Positions 24,851-38,228 are shown, numbered from the stretch's first letter. The stretch is 64,000 nt of DNA from Phoronis australis (GCA_002633005.1 NMRA01000173.1:389068-453067); one strand, 5' to 3'. Numbers and translations are program-made. Notes: generated by a model from the sequence alone, not told the origin.

Positions 24851-25791
24851 TTTGCATGCAAATCATTTGTAGTGTCATACCGTTTTCTCGTACTGAGTAA
24901 CAGCTCTAACCCGGGAGTCGATTCGCATTCAGAGGACATCGAGAAAATCTGAACGACAGTTGCTTCAATTAAAATCATAACAGTGAAAAAATCGGAATGA
25001 GCCCACGACCTTACATTTGACCCATAATTTTGAATTTTGGTAGTTTGGACTCTCAAAATGGACAATGCAAAAATTGCAAATAATAAAATGATGTATGCTT
25101 ATAAACATGTATAGGATTATCAAAAAGATTTGTGTTTCGGTCGCTTCCAGCTCAGTCATTTTAGCAAAATAAGACGCCTCTATCCCCAGACCCTATTGTT
25201 ATACATTCTGTTCATAAAGCACACTGTAACTGAACGCGCGCTTGTCTGTTTGGTCAAATTATTAGTAAAGCTGCATCACGCACTACTTTGCTGCGGACTA
25301 AGCGAATGATATCATTCATTGTCATATATATCTGCACACCTGAAGAAAGGAGATTGTTCCGAAACTACGTGCGACTTAGTATCAAGCTTTGTGTTTTCAA
25401 CAAAATTTGTGTTAACGAATGGCTGCTACCGAACTACATACACATGCATTTAATGAATAAAATACACTAGCTTTCGCACGGGTAGCAGCTAGTGGGAAAC
25501 GCCGAGGGGAAATAGCTAAACCTAAGTGTGAACCGATCGAGTGTTCATCGCAAGAGACAGGAATTTAGAGACCGTGTTGAAAGCTTCAAGCAGAATTGCT
25601 GTCACCTGTCAGATTTTAGTAGGCAATTAAGGTGTGCGGCTGTGGGATTCTTCCCTTAGACAGTACAAATTTCTTTCCAGAACATTTGACCCTGCCGTAA
25701 CCGTCAAAGTACAGTAATCATGTTCTTCAGTTTAAAGTGAAAACTAAGAATGGATTTAAAATATTGTATAGTACACAAAGTATATAGATGT

Positions 25792-25946
25792 CAGTGGCGA
25801 ATTTAGAAGGGGGCCATGCCCACCCCATAAAATTCTCCCATCTTCCATTTGGCAGCTCGGGGGTGTGAATGTCTCAGTGAAGGGCAACATTCTGGCTAAT
25901 ACTCTATTTGCCGTGCCCCCAATTCAAAATCCTGGATCCGCCCCTG
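25792..25946. mobile_element. MITE with CAG(T/G)GGCG termini and possible 9-bp TSD
   Basis: CAGTGGCGAATTTAGAA ... TCCTGGATCCGCCCCTG; flanks tatagatgt / gatggatgt (7 of 9 match). Confidence 0.6.
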
Positions 25947-25994
25947 GATGGATGTACAAAAGTTGCATCATAAATGTACGTACTGAGGTAGAAA

Positions 25995-26540
25995 GCCAGC
26001 TAGCTGAAGACTGTCGTCAACATACAGCTAGGTAGCCCGTGTAGAGCTCCGTTAGACACCGGAATTCCACACAACCCGGGTGCTAAGCTCGTCACCTCGT
26101 CGTGAAACTTAGAGCTAACAACTTGCAGGGGTGGATGCAGAATCTGGGAATGAATCGACATTCACAGTGCCCGTTAAAGCCGTTTATAGAAGTAAACAAA
26201 ATCTAATAAACGTTATTTTTCGTAATTCTCCGCCTTTTGTAACAAAGCACGCGCCATTTCCCAAAACTTTGCGATATCTCTCGAGAGTATTTTCTGAAAT
26301 TAGTTTTTTGGTTTTAAAATAGTAAAAACTTGTAACGAAATGAAACCACTTCCGATTGTTATGACATGCACGCAACTTCCACAGTTGATTGAAGAACATG
26401 GAAATTGGCCCGATAGGTGATGCAATGACGCCCAAAGAGCGCATCGCAATTTTAGCAGCAGAATAACTGAAGAACGCCAATTTTCCAACACCCGGGTAAA
26501 TAATTTAGTTTACTCAAGGAAGAGTAAAAATGTTTTAATG
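25995..26540 (-). repeat. Interspersed repeat family B, copy 2 (inverted)
   Basis: The reverse complement contains TTCCTTGAGTAAACTAAATT, GTGTTGGAAAATTGGCGTTC and GAGGTGACGAGC...CCCGGG. Confidence 0.75.
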
Positions 26541-28057
26541 AGGCATCATTAAGTTAGTTATATACGCGACAGAAGCCGGAGGGATTGAAATTAAGCCGAC
26601 AGAGTGACGTCACCCAGGCCTTTGAGCCGACCGACTGACGTCATCAAGGCCAGTACGAAACTGGCCACACTTCTTCCGCGTGGCCCGCGAGAAAAAATAG
26701 AACACCTCGAATCCAAATAGGGGGCCGGTGCAATACCTGGGACCAAGGCGGTGCCGAACGGGCGCAACGAAGGTCTGTAGTGGAGCCGGGGGAGGGGGGG
26801 GGAGACCGAGTTTGTGCAAACGATGCATTTTATATAACAGATTCAATGATTGCCTAGTTCTGGTCTGGGGATATTAAATGCAAGTTTGCTACACAGAACA
26901 CATCTAATTAAATTGATTTTTGATAATTGTTTTAAAGCTTATCAAGGATGATGCAGGTTTGGCATCGAAAGAGAGAGTGTGCCATAAATAAGGCCCGCTG
27001 TAAGAAAATGATTTTTTCCAGTTCCGTTTTTGGTTTTCGGAAGATTAAAATTGGATGACAGTGAGGCCCTAGTGTTATAGCGATTAACAGTCATTGTAAA
27101 CTTAAGTATGTTTTACAGGCCCTGTTCATGCGATTGTCTGAGTGTGTGTTTTATTATACAAACGCAGCCGTTATCTCGTTACGGACGTTACGAACATGAC
27201 GCTTCCTAACACGTATTCACTGAATAACCAAAACGCAACTTGGAAACTGTCGTTTTCACGCAGCTTGTTGCGAACACCAACTTCACGGATCTCGTGTGGA
27301 TGGTGAAAACGTAACTTTTCGAAAAGTGTTGTTAAGGTTGTATTCAGTGTTGTGTATTCGTGCAGACGGAACACGTTTTGAAAATGTTAAGAAAAATGTA
27401 TCGTTTGCGTATCGGTGAGCCAGTATCTCGATGGGATGTGGATGCAAAGTTTTTTTTTTAAAGTACCGTATTCAGAATGAACACGGGCTCCGGAGGACAG
27501 GGCCCGACGAAGTTTCACAGCGTGCAACGAAGCTCCGACACATGTACAGTGTATGTGTTGAACTTTCTGCAACGTATCCAAGTTACGTCATGCTGAGAAC
27601 GAAAGGATGTTCTTACTGATTACCAGTTAATTGCTCTGAAATTGCGTAGTTGGTTTTGGTCTCAGCCTTTTAATAGCGAGTCGGTGGTGCTGTTGTACTT
27701 TTTAAGTAGCTCAGCTTTTCAAAAAATAAAATCTACATGAGACGAGCACTATTTAAAGTTTATTTTTATTTTAAATTTTTCTCATTGCTTGGCCACTGAA
27801 TTATTGCGTTCAAACCCTAGCCACCCGTGCTTACGTGCATGTATGCAACTTTTCAAATACAAAAGCACAAGACTTCGACCGAAATTAATCTGGCGCGCAG
27901 ATCTCAAAATGAGTTGGGGCACAAACGCAGCAGACCAGAACCAACCACATGCTTTGTTTGACCTGAGGTGTTGCCACGGACTATGACAGTATCACCATAC
28001 ACTTACTCCCTCTATAGGTAAAAGAGCCAACTTATTTGGCTCTATATAAAGACCCCT

Positions 28058-28306
28058 GGGGCCCGTTCCAACAAAACTGACTTAGCTAAGACAAATCTTA
28101 AATTTTAGTAAATTTTAAAATAAAAGTTAAATTTGTATCAAAACCATTTCAAGGAAGAGATCTTAAGTTTGACTTAAGTGTTTGACATAAATTTGTCTTA
28201 ATTTTGACTAACTAACCGAATGTGGAAGTTTCAGAGTTTGGAAGTTAAGACAAATCTTAAATTTAAGTCAAAAGTGAACTTAAGTCAGTTTGTTGAAACA
28301 GCACTC
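28058..28306. mobile_element. MITE, PIF/Harbinger (Tourist)-like
   Basis: TIRs GGGGCCCGTTCCAACAAAACTGACTTA / TAAGTCAGTTTGTTGAAACAGCACTC, with AT-rich internal TAAGACAAATCTTAAATT repeats. Confidence 0.65.
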
Positions 28307-28330
28307 AGTTCTAAACAGTATTTGTAAGTG

Positions 28331-28570
28331 CATGCCCACACCCAGGGGGGTTCGAACAAGCCCCCGCATTTGGCGAAGTGGGTAAAAAGGTCCGCGAAAC
28401 AAAAAGTCCAAAAAAGTAGAAAATGATACAAAAGTCCACTAAAAAGGCAGGAACTACCACAATTCGGCGAATGTACAATTCATAGCTCTGAACGTATCCC
28501 GTTTTTTGTAAAAGGTCCACATTCTCAAAAATTCGAGCCCTCCCCATTTTTTAGGCTGGGATCGCGCATG
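28331..28570 (+). mobile_element. MITE family C (CATGCGCGCACCCAG-type TIR), copy 1
   Basis: CATGCCCACACCCAG ... CTGGGATCGCGCATG; the internal CATTTGGCGAAGTGG, AAAAGTCCACTAAA and ATTCGAGCCC blocks are shared with 37990-38228. Confidence 0.7.
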
Positions 28571-29409
28571 AAATGTGTTAGCTGTCGTCATTTAGCGCAT
28601 GCTATCTTGTTCGTAGCTAACCTTACTTTACAATAAATGTTACTTTATTTTCCTTGAACCCCTTTAGTGCTAAACTCCTCGGTATCTGTTCCGCTGAAGA
28701 GATTACTAGTGGTCGTCGAGTTTACTGAAACCAGAATTATTTGTCCTAACGACTGGCCAATTTTTAATCAATCTAAATACAACTGAGACACAAATCTCCA
28801 AAGAGTGTTAATTTAAGTATAAAATACAGAGGAATTGCATAACACCTTTTGTTATTAATTTATAACGTCAATTACGTAGGAAATCTTTTTTCGCAGTGAC
28901 AGTCCTGAGACAATACTTAGTTCAAACTAATCAATTATCCTATGAAAGGCGAGTAGGTCAAAGAAAGTCATCTGAGTCTCCACCCAATAAGCAAATCACG
29001 AAATGCGTTTTGTTGTAATCTAATCATTAATCGATGCTTTATCTTAGACTCGGACAATTACGTCCAAATTAATCAAAGACTAAATTCAGTTACTAGAAAA
29101 CAAGATTCATTGAAAGCAGAGCCTGCTCAATTATTTTATTCACTCTAACAGTTTTATTTTCGATTAGATAGTTTATTACATTTATCACTTCATGTTACTA
29201 AGATTTTTATGAAAATCCTCTTAGGTTGAGAATAACGAAACGTATGACAATAAAACAGATAGGCTGATGTACCTGAGAATCCATGTGCGTCCTCAGAATG
29301 TTTTACTAGGACACGCTGGTACCTTAAAAAAATTCCTTTTTTGATTTTCCCCATTTTTTCTTTGCAGGGCCATTTAGAAAATTCATTAAGTAATGCCACA
29401 GGAATTCTT

Positions 29410-29553
29410 ATAGCTCCAGTATAGCTCCAGTATAGCTCCAGTATAGCTCCAGTATAGCTCCAGTATAGCTCCAGTATAGCTCCAGTATAGCTCCAGTATA
29501 GCTCCAGTATAGCTCCAGTATAGCTCCAGTATAGCTCCAGTATAGCTCCAGTA
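29410..29553. repeat. Tandem repeat (TATAGCTCCAG)n, ~13 copies
   Basis: Directly visible. It explains ORF 29190-29597. Confidence 0.95.
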
Positions 29554-31804
29554 TTACCATTTATACACCACGCCATCATCCAAATCTTCACTCTCATTAT
29601 CGCTGGTCATCGTCGCCGTCATCATCGCCGGTCACTCGCACCCAATCACTACGTTTAGATAATTAGTGTACACGTTATCGTACACCGTCGTAAAAAAATT
29701 ATGCTAACACACAAGATTTTCTAGATTATCATTATTAAGCGAAATGTGAACAACAGCAAACTAACGAGACAGGCCTAAGTTACAAATCTAGACGTCCTGT
29801 TTTATCGAGTAGCAAGGCTCTTTAATTACACAATGCCACGCTATTGCATTTGACTAAATTTTCCCATCATTAATATATTGAACAACACGAACAATGACCC
29901 GAGGGATTTAAAACCAACTGCCTCAGCATCGACAAAAACAAGTGCGTGAATATTAATGTCTTTTGCAACATTCTTGCTGGCCTACACTTGGTGGCAGAAT
30001 ATCTCGGAATTGTGTTTCTAAAGAGAATCAAGTCATTCGACCTTCAAATCCCTCTTGGGCCATTTGTGTTTAATTTAGCCAATATAGCTAACAGACTGAC
30101 ATCATTATTATAACAAATTCGCTTTTTAATCACATAAATATCACACAAATGTCTAATTTCTGTAATGTATTACAACATGTATTATTCAGAGGTAATAAAT
30201 GAGACAAACTTGTAAATTTGTGTCAACGGGCACTCAGGCACACACACGTTTGTATCAACGGGCACTCCGGCACACACACGTTTTTGTAAGATTCCAAAAC
30301 TGATCTTCAGACATACTAATTCGTCCATAACTGTATCTTAATGTTTATTAAAAAAATATGATAAACAGTAATTGGAGTTAAGCTCAGAAAGCGCCAGACT
30401 ATCTGGGCACGTTAAGGCATAACTTTGACGTTTCGTGTATCCGGCACGCTTCAAAACCAAAGTGTGACTTCGATTTATATTTCTGTAGTTGTGCCCTTGA
30501 AACACTTTTTTTAGAGATTACTGAAACTATGATTTCGATCAGTTTTGCGTTTGTCTCCCTGTTCGTTGCAAACAGTTCGTATGGTCGCCACTACTTTAAT
30601 TACCCCGGTTGATCAACGATTGCACGTTTGGCCCACTCAGTGGAATACTGATGGATTGTCAAAAAAGAAAGATCGATACCTCTGGACAGCCAATGCAGGA
30701 CTCAATTGTTGATTAGCTTAAGCGAGCGGGTCGAGTTCAATAACGGTAGTACCAGCTGAAAAACTAGGTCTCTCGAAATTTCGCGAGATCTCGTCGTGTG
30801 TAATCAGTGAGCAAACATGATTTTAGGTCGATTTTTCTCGTTGCGAGAAGTTACTGAACTCAACCTAGAATCGCAGTTGTTTTTTGGCAGGTATACACAT
30901 CGGAAAAGTGCAAACGGTTTTACTAATATACGTGCGCCTCTGAGACACTGTTGTGAGAGATCTATCGATGTACTGTCGATCTCGACACATACCGTCGCCC
31001 GCGCGACAATATGTGTAGATGTAAACATGTCGTGGCGGACAATATATATCACAACAAGCACTGTTGATAAAATAGATAGTGTAGCTCTTCTTTGGCCAAC
31101 AAATGAATGATTACCGAAAGAAACCACATCAGAGCCACACGAGGACCCGGTGGGACTCTTATGGGATCGTTTTTGCGTGTATTGGAAATATGTGGAAAAC
31201 ATGGAATATATGTTATTATTTATTCTCTTAATTTTGGTCTTTGTAAGAGCCGCTTATTTTTGATATTTCGATTAAATTAAGGAGTCTCCGAATTTCCATG
31301 CTGCCGACGGACGAAAACAAACTTCCAACGTACATTCAAATCCTACACTGGTGTTGCAGTCAATAATACATTCAAGTTTCTGTAGGAAATTCCATAAATC
31401 AGGTTTGCGCAGTAAATGAGAGTACCACACTTTTTCCGAAAGGCACCCTCGGTATCCAAAACAATTTAGCAAATTTGACGTTTCAGCCCCTGGGGATTCC
31501 CTTCGGAAAGGCGTCTGATATTTGCCAATAATGATTGTCCCGACCGGCCAACGGTAGCTCTGTGTATAGGTCCTGACGGTAGCCACTCAGGCCTGAAACG
31601 TGTTAGTGTGAACCTAGGTAGGCTTACTCTATGCAGACTATCCTTTGAATACTGAGTTCATCAAGTTTTATAATTATTAAATTTCGTAGCCCTGAAGTGA
31701 ACTCCAAATTGACTAAGGAACAGTTTCAGACCAATCCCATAACAGTGAGTGATCTAAATCGGAAGCTGGCTTTTGTGATGGAAGGTGGGTTTATAGTCAC
31801 TTGT

Positions 31805-31972
31805 ATGTTCCCCTTGTCCTGTCTACACTCGATCCCCTGAGATGGATAGCTAACTCGGCGAAATGTTCCCCTTGTCCAATCTTCACTCCCCTGAGATGAG
31901 TAGCTAACTCGGCGAAATGTTCCCCTTGTCCTATCCTCACTCCCTAAGACAGATATCGAACTCAGTGAAATG
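31805..31972. repeat. Degenerate ~55-bp tandem repeat x3 (ATGTTCCCCTTGTCC...AACTCGGCGAA)
   Basis: Three diverged tandem copies. Confidence 0.8.
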
Positions 31973-32765
31973 TTTGAGTTTTCACTATTCAGTGTCAGGG
32001 CACGCTCATTTTTGTTGCAAGAATAGGATTACAGAATATTTTTACCCGGATTTCAAACAAATTGTTTTGAATCGCACACATATTTTACGATCAAAAGTTC
32101 GAGGGGAAACACAACTGAATTTTGCTTTACGTCTAAGTTAAACCCAGATTTGTTTTGAAATGCACTTATCAGTATTTGTGAATGTTGTTGGTTCGTCAAA
32201 ATGCTCAGCAAGGCCACAGATATTCAAGTACGAATAGCATCTTTAAGAAGGCCATGCGAAAGTTTACACTACAGATAAAAATTGTAAACCATATCGTCTG
32301 CTCTCAGTCGTTTGCTCTTTTTATGTATATTGGGCCATGATTATCTGTGGAGTGCATCCATTATTAAACCACCTGTGAAATGAGCGGCTTGCAGTTCATT
32401 TCGAATGAGTTGTGAAGCCAGATAGATTACTTCATAGTGACTCAGACAGCAGTAATGCTAAAATGGAGGATTATTTTACTTCCAATTAAACCAACTTGCT
32501 TTGTTCTTTCAAATGACGTCGATGGTCATCAACGAAGCAGACGATTTGTTTTTACTGCAAATCATGCACACTCATTGACAAGTGTTGATCATGATAACGC
32601 GCCGACGAGACTTTAATGATGGCTGTGAAAATAAATCGCCGCCTGATGAAACATCGAAGCAATATCTCAAGAAGTAAACTACAACTGGGCCTTACACAAA
32701 ATACACTCTTTTGACCCTAGCCAAGTTTATGCTGTACATATGAATGGATTGTCAAAAGTGTGCTC

Positions 32766-32778
32766 GGGTGAAAGGTCA
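32766..32778 (+). promoter_or_regulatory. DR1-type nuclear-receptor element candidate GGGTGA-A-AGGTCA
   Basis: Motif match only, about 470 bp upstream of the ATG at 33244. Confidence 0.2.
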
Positions 32779-33243
32779 GAGCAAATATACAATTTAGAAA
32801 ATGCTTCGGCGCTGCTTTAGATATCCCAGCAGTGGGAAATCATAAAAATATCTGACTCGACCATAACGCGTTTATCGGTATTAGTTGTACCCGGGAGATT
32901 ACTTGTTACAGTGTGGACTGTCATCAGGAAGTTTGTTTCACAAACCACCCGGTCAGCTGACTGGAATTTCGATGCGGTCGTGGTGGAGCAATTCAATCCA
33001 CATTGTCTACGTGTGACTAGCTAAGATCAGCTGCTCTCAAACGTTTGTGTCTGATAGTTATCCTCCGTCGTAACACACTGACGGTTTGCTAGGGACAACG
33101 TGTCATTTTGTGAAACTCCGTGACTGGGAAACCTCTCATTGAACTATGCTATTGTAATCCCGGTGGCCTGGTTCTAAACGCGACTGTTGATTTGTCAGTG
33201 GATAAACTCATCTCTCAGCGCGATCTGTCATCAGTGCGTTACT

Positions 33244-33451
33244 ATGGCAACGGCTGTCGATGGGAATAATAAGGGGACGGACGGTGCAGTGTTCTCAAAA
33301 CGAAACTCGCTATCACCGCTAAAAGAGCGGTTGCATGATGAAAGATTGAGAACCCCCGGAAACACAATCCTGGAACCTATGCTGAACGGATCAGCCGGCA
33401 TCGGGATGGCCAAAAAGGTCAGCCCGGCCCGCTGTATGGATACTCTGCTGG
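33244..33451 (+). CDS. Probable first coding exon of an unidentified plus-strand gene
   Basis: Strong Kozak context (ACTATGG), a GC-richer open frame MATAVDGNNKGTDGAVFSKRNSLSPLKERLHDERLRTPGNTILEPMLNGSAGIGMAKKVSPARCMDTLL, and a consensus phase-1 donor G|gtgagt. No domain recognised. Confidence 0.55.
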
Positions 33452-34959
33452 GTGAGTAGATGTCACTGTGCACAAGTACTTCAAACTGAAAAAAACAAAG
33501 TTTATTTTGCTGACCTTATTCCTGTCCCCGCAATATGTAAACATCTACATGCTTTCAGTCAGGATCAGTTGTCATAGAAGACTTATGCTTTCTGCTCGTA
33601 ATTAGATTGGCACTTGTAGATTCCTATGTCTTCTGGCTCGTGACTCGACGTAAAGTGACTAACAGTAGCTTAGCAACGAAGTATGGTCCTCCCAGCAAGG
33701 GCGCAGAATGATCACCTCAACAAAACGTTTGTCTGTTACTTTTAATTCCACGTAGATAGTCAACAGTAGCACCTCTGTTTATAAGGTCAATTTCCGGTTA
33801 TACGCTTTGGTGTAAAACTCAACATTATCCAACAGGATGTAAGTTTCACAGCTTCGTATTATACAGCTTAAAATATTTATGAAAAATATTGTTAGATTCA
33901 GAATGATTGATTATAAACGGAATAATTACAAGATAACAAACAAGCTTTGTTTTGAACGTTCTCTACAGGTTTGTCAACTCAGTTTCTATATAAGGAAGCC
34001 AATACAGGCAGAAACCTGGCGAAGCCGCTTGTGTAACGAGGCTAGGACACTTGTTGATGTTAAAAACTTGTGCGTGGTCATACGTTCGTTTTGCCCCGAT
34101 TACGAAGTTCGCGCTAACAACTACTTATACACGGTGTTGGTTGTCTCGTTTTTGTCTGCGTCTGCGTCTGTGTCCTATGTGCGTTTAAAGGCATAGTGGT
34201 TTATACGCTTTTACATGTTCGCTCACCATTCATATACCACTAAACGAACGGGTCTGTTTTTTGGGTGTGTGTGAAAAAGTCATTGACATCCATCCTGAAA
34301 ATTAAATGTTAGCGAAAGTTGTTGTTCTGTGTATAGGTTAAGTTGGTACATGTGTTCATTATGCAAAGTCTATTAAGACATTGCCCGTGGGTAATTAGCC
34401 ATGTATGTTTTTTAAATTAGTAACAGTCAATGAACTTCCTGTGAACAAAACATCGCAAGTAGGTGGCTTGTTTTGCAGGCTTACCTCTTAGTTTTTAAAG
34501 GTGAATTGTGTCATTTCTCTCGTCATCAGTTAAAAGCACTCTTTAACACCAGTTCACACCACTGTTTAGTCAGTCGCTGCTAGCCTTGTAAGTTATCTCT
34601 TCACCCACGCGGTCGATGCGATTCCTCATCGATAGCACATCAGGACAGCAGCTATTTTGATTCTCTTGGGGATTTGAGTTCAGCAAACAGTCATTGTAAC
34701 GTAGTTTTTTATTTTGATAAACATTTGTTATTTCTTCAAGTTGCCATTTACTGGAAATCTGACATAGGGACGGGAAGTGTGACGTCACCTTAGTGTGAGA
34801 TTCCGTCGTCTTTGTCATTTCTCAGTGGAAATTACAATAGGTCAAAATATAACTGGAAATTCACCAGCTACACCCTGTTTTAGAACATGCGTGGTCAATG
34901 GTTCACAGATAGTGTGGCATGAACTTCAGATTTTGAAAAGGTTAGTTTTGCTGGTTTGA

Positions 34960-35106
34960 CATGGGCGGCGCAGCACTGAAAAATGTGGTGCGGGGGGCTA
35001 AAGCCCCCAGCCCCGCTGTGATGCGCCGCCTATAGACCATGGGCAGCGCAGCACTGAAAAAAATGGGGAGCTATAGCCCCCACCCCCTACGGTGCGCCAC
35101 CCATGT
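34960..35106. mobile_element. Two tandem ~70-bp mini-MITEs (CATGGGCGGCGCA...TGCGCCGCC(T/C)AT)
   Basis: Each unit has short terminal inverted repeats and a GGGG-CTA.AG-CCCC core. Confidence 0.6.
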
Positions 35107-36453
35107 TTAAACAAGGGTGTTAGTGCAATGGAATAATCCACCGCCATATTGTTTATCTCAATATTTGGAGTAAGAATGTGACGTAATCACGTTCCATTCC
35201 TATTAAATATGTGGTGGTCGTCAATAAATATTGGTATACCAACCAATTTTCTTGACAAGTTTCTGAAAAATTCTGCCGCGTTTTTAGCACTTCAGAGGAA
35301 GTGGTTCAAAATCAATTAAAACCTTTTAATTTGGCAGATTCACGAGAGTGATTCAGTTTGCCGGATCTTCACATCACTCTGCACCATGTATTTCACAGCT
35401 ATTTATTTTCATTTGCATAATATTCTGCCAATAGTTTATCAGGTTAATAGTGGTAGTCAACATGGTCTAGTCAATGCAGTCATTTGGATGACATTATTTT
35501 TAATTCAATCAGAATGTAACGATGAGAATCTGAGGGCATTTGGTTTAACACTTTAATATACAGAAAATGTTACAATTTCAGTTCAATTAAGTTTAGAGAA
35601 ATAGCAAATACGTTTGTGAATGAGGTTGATATTTTTAACACCAGATCACAGTTTATAGCAATTTTCCACTGCTGTTTTACTGTGTATCATGCTAGACACA
35701 AAATACAAACCACTCTTTTTATCGATGAAAAGCAACTACTGTTAAACGACTCAGAATTAACAAACTCAAAGTGTCAGTTTTATTGTAACATTTTCTGCAT
35801 ATCAAAGTGTCACTTTCGGTTTCTTTGGTTTAGTTTAAGGGTGTCGAAACAAACCACAATCTGTCATGTATTGAACAATGAATCACTCGCTCAAAATGCC
35901 GCAAAAATATTTTCAAAACTGCCTCGAACTGAAGTTCACGCTCATATTTTTAGTCTTGGTTAGTGTGAGTAAAAACACTTTATCTTCATACGTTGAGATT
36001 TCTATTCATGGGTACCTTCCAACAGCTTGCACGGTGTCAAACCTAATTAGTCACAGACTTGCAAGCATTGTTAATTAAAGCCTCCTTTAACTTGGACTTT
36101 TATCTGCGAGTGGACAATTTGTCTCGCTTGTACTAAATATACATTTTCAAAGAAGCTGGGGCTATTGGTGGTGTGCCAGTGGCTGCATAAATTGTCGCTC
36201 CTTCAGAAATGTTGACTAAATTTTCCAAATTAATTTCAACGACTGGTGGCACTACTATCGTTCGCACCATGCACGCCACCGCCTGGTCTTTTGAAAACTG
36301 GCCACGTCATTTTTCATCTCATTTGTATTCACCTATGTCACCAACTCATTACGTCATCAACATGCTCTTGTGAAACTCGCCATTCTCGTGATTTCGACAT
36401 TCCTGCTAACATCGTGACACCAAAGTGTAAATTTCATAAATGCTGAGAAAAGC

Positions 36454-36661
36454 ATGACATAAAATGTGTCACCGCATCGTAACCTTGCCAGTGACACCGC
36501 CACTTATGACATGAAATGTGTCACCGCATCGTAACCTTGCCACTGACACCGCCACTTATGACATGAAATGTGTCACCGCATCGTAACCTTGCCAGTGACA
36601 CCGCCACTTATGACATGAAATGTGTCACCGCATCGTAACCTTGCCACTGACACCGCCACTT
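36454..36661. repeat. Minisatellite, 52-bp unit ATGACATGAAATGTGTCACCGCATCGTAACCTTGCCA(G/C)TGACACCGCCACTT x4
   Basis: Four near-identical copies with an alternating G/C variant. Confidence 0.95.
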
Positions 36662-37989
36662 CCGTCAAGTGTAGCGTAGCTTTCTGCTTGGCTTAGTAGT
36701 TTCTCGTATTGCTGGATTCTGCTGAATGAAAGATAGGTTGGTTTGTGACAGTCCACCTGTACATCTTTACTATATTAATGGATATTCAGGCAAATTATGA
36801 GACTACTAAATTGTACAAGTTGCACTGTTCCCACAACATGTGCCGTAACAGGACATTCGGTATTTTTGTAGCCTCAAATTGATTTGAGGCTACAGAAATA
36901 TCCAAGGTGTTCCGAATGGTAATAAATTATTATCGGTCATTGTACATCACGTGTTTTACCTTTTTTCACCAGTCAACTGATACTGACTAATGGGACTCCT
37001 TCGAACGGGTCAAGTACCCTACTGTGCGGTACTTTCCATAAGAGAGTTTACATTAAATTTAGCAATAACGCTGATTGACAACCGTCTATTAATTAATCCA
37101 GATAATTAAGTCATCTGATTACAGTAACACCACCCCGGGATTACTAGGCAACCTGTTTCTTTGTCTATTAAACAGATGGTCAGAAAATAAAAATAGGTTG
37201 TCAGTTTCACAGCTGAGCATTTGCAATTATTTTTGCCCTATTTTATCGTCGTCTTCAGAAATGTTTATTAGGTTACTATGCATAGGCTTTGTTTGTTTTG
37301 ATGGCGTTCCATAAGTCGACCTGATACGTACACTTTTGAGGCATCTTTGAAATTATTGTAAGTGGTCGTGTTTACTAACAGTTTTCCGCAGATTTTTACT
37401 ACATGAGCGGGCGTTGAATGGTTACATAAGACCAAATGCAAGTGTTCAAATGTATCTAGTTTGGGAACATGGTAGTTCAGAAATGGCTGATCCGATTCGT
37501 CTGACTGGAAACTTTTAGAAGCCATGATGTTTTGTTTTCCAAAATGGTGTTAGGAATTATTTCTAGAATGTTCCACTTTTCCACGAAGAATTAAAAAGGG
37601 CGTTTATGATTTTTATGTTATAAAGAATAAAATTTCCATGAAACGAAAAGGATGATAAGTTAGAAAACTGTGCATCGTGTTTGAAATTTCTGATTGAATA
37701 AGTATATCTAACAAAATTGGTCATATTATTATTAATACTGTTCTTTTACTATGAACACATGTTTCATTTTTTACTAAATTTTAATAACAACACATGGTCA
37801 TATAACCTAACTAATGGCAGTTTATTATAAAGTCAAAAATCCAATTCCGCAGACTGTCTGCTTTCACACAATACTTTTACTGAGTTAAAGTCTATACTTT
37901 TGTAGATATGTGGTTAATAATACAGACTTGTCGATAAGGTCCTATGGGGTCCTACATAAGGTCCTACGGGGTCCTACGGGATCCTACAC

Positions 37990-38228
37990 CATGCGCGCAC
38001 CCAGGGGGGGGGGGGGCTCGGGGCTCGAAGGAGCTCCCCATTTGGCGAAGTGGACAAAAAACAAAAAGTCCGAGAAAATGAGACAAAAGTCCACTAAACA
38101 AGGACAAACGAGAAATTCACAGTGGTGCGCCCGTTTTTTTTTTTAGTCCGCCGGCCATTTTGTTACTAAAAGGTGCTCAACGTTAGGAATTCGAGCCCCC
38201 CACATTGAAGGCTGGGTGTGCGCGCATG
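37990..38228 (+). mobile_element. MITE family C, copy 2
   Basis: TIRs CATGCGCGCACCCAG / CTGGGTGTGCGCGCATG; homologous to 28331-28570. Confidence 0.75.

Noticed and set aside
29190-29597. 135-aa ORF with TGAILELYWSY repeats
   Set aside because: Artefact of the 11-bp tandem repeat.
30804-31586. ORFs of 97-132 aa behind a TCGCGAGA motif
   Set aside because: No recognisable protein motifs in the frames I read; possibly repeat-derived but not assignable.
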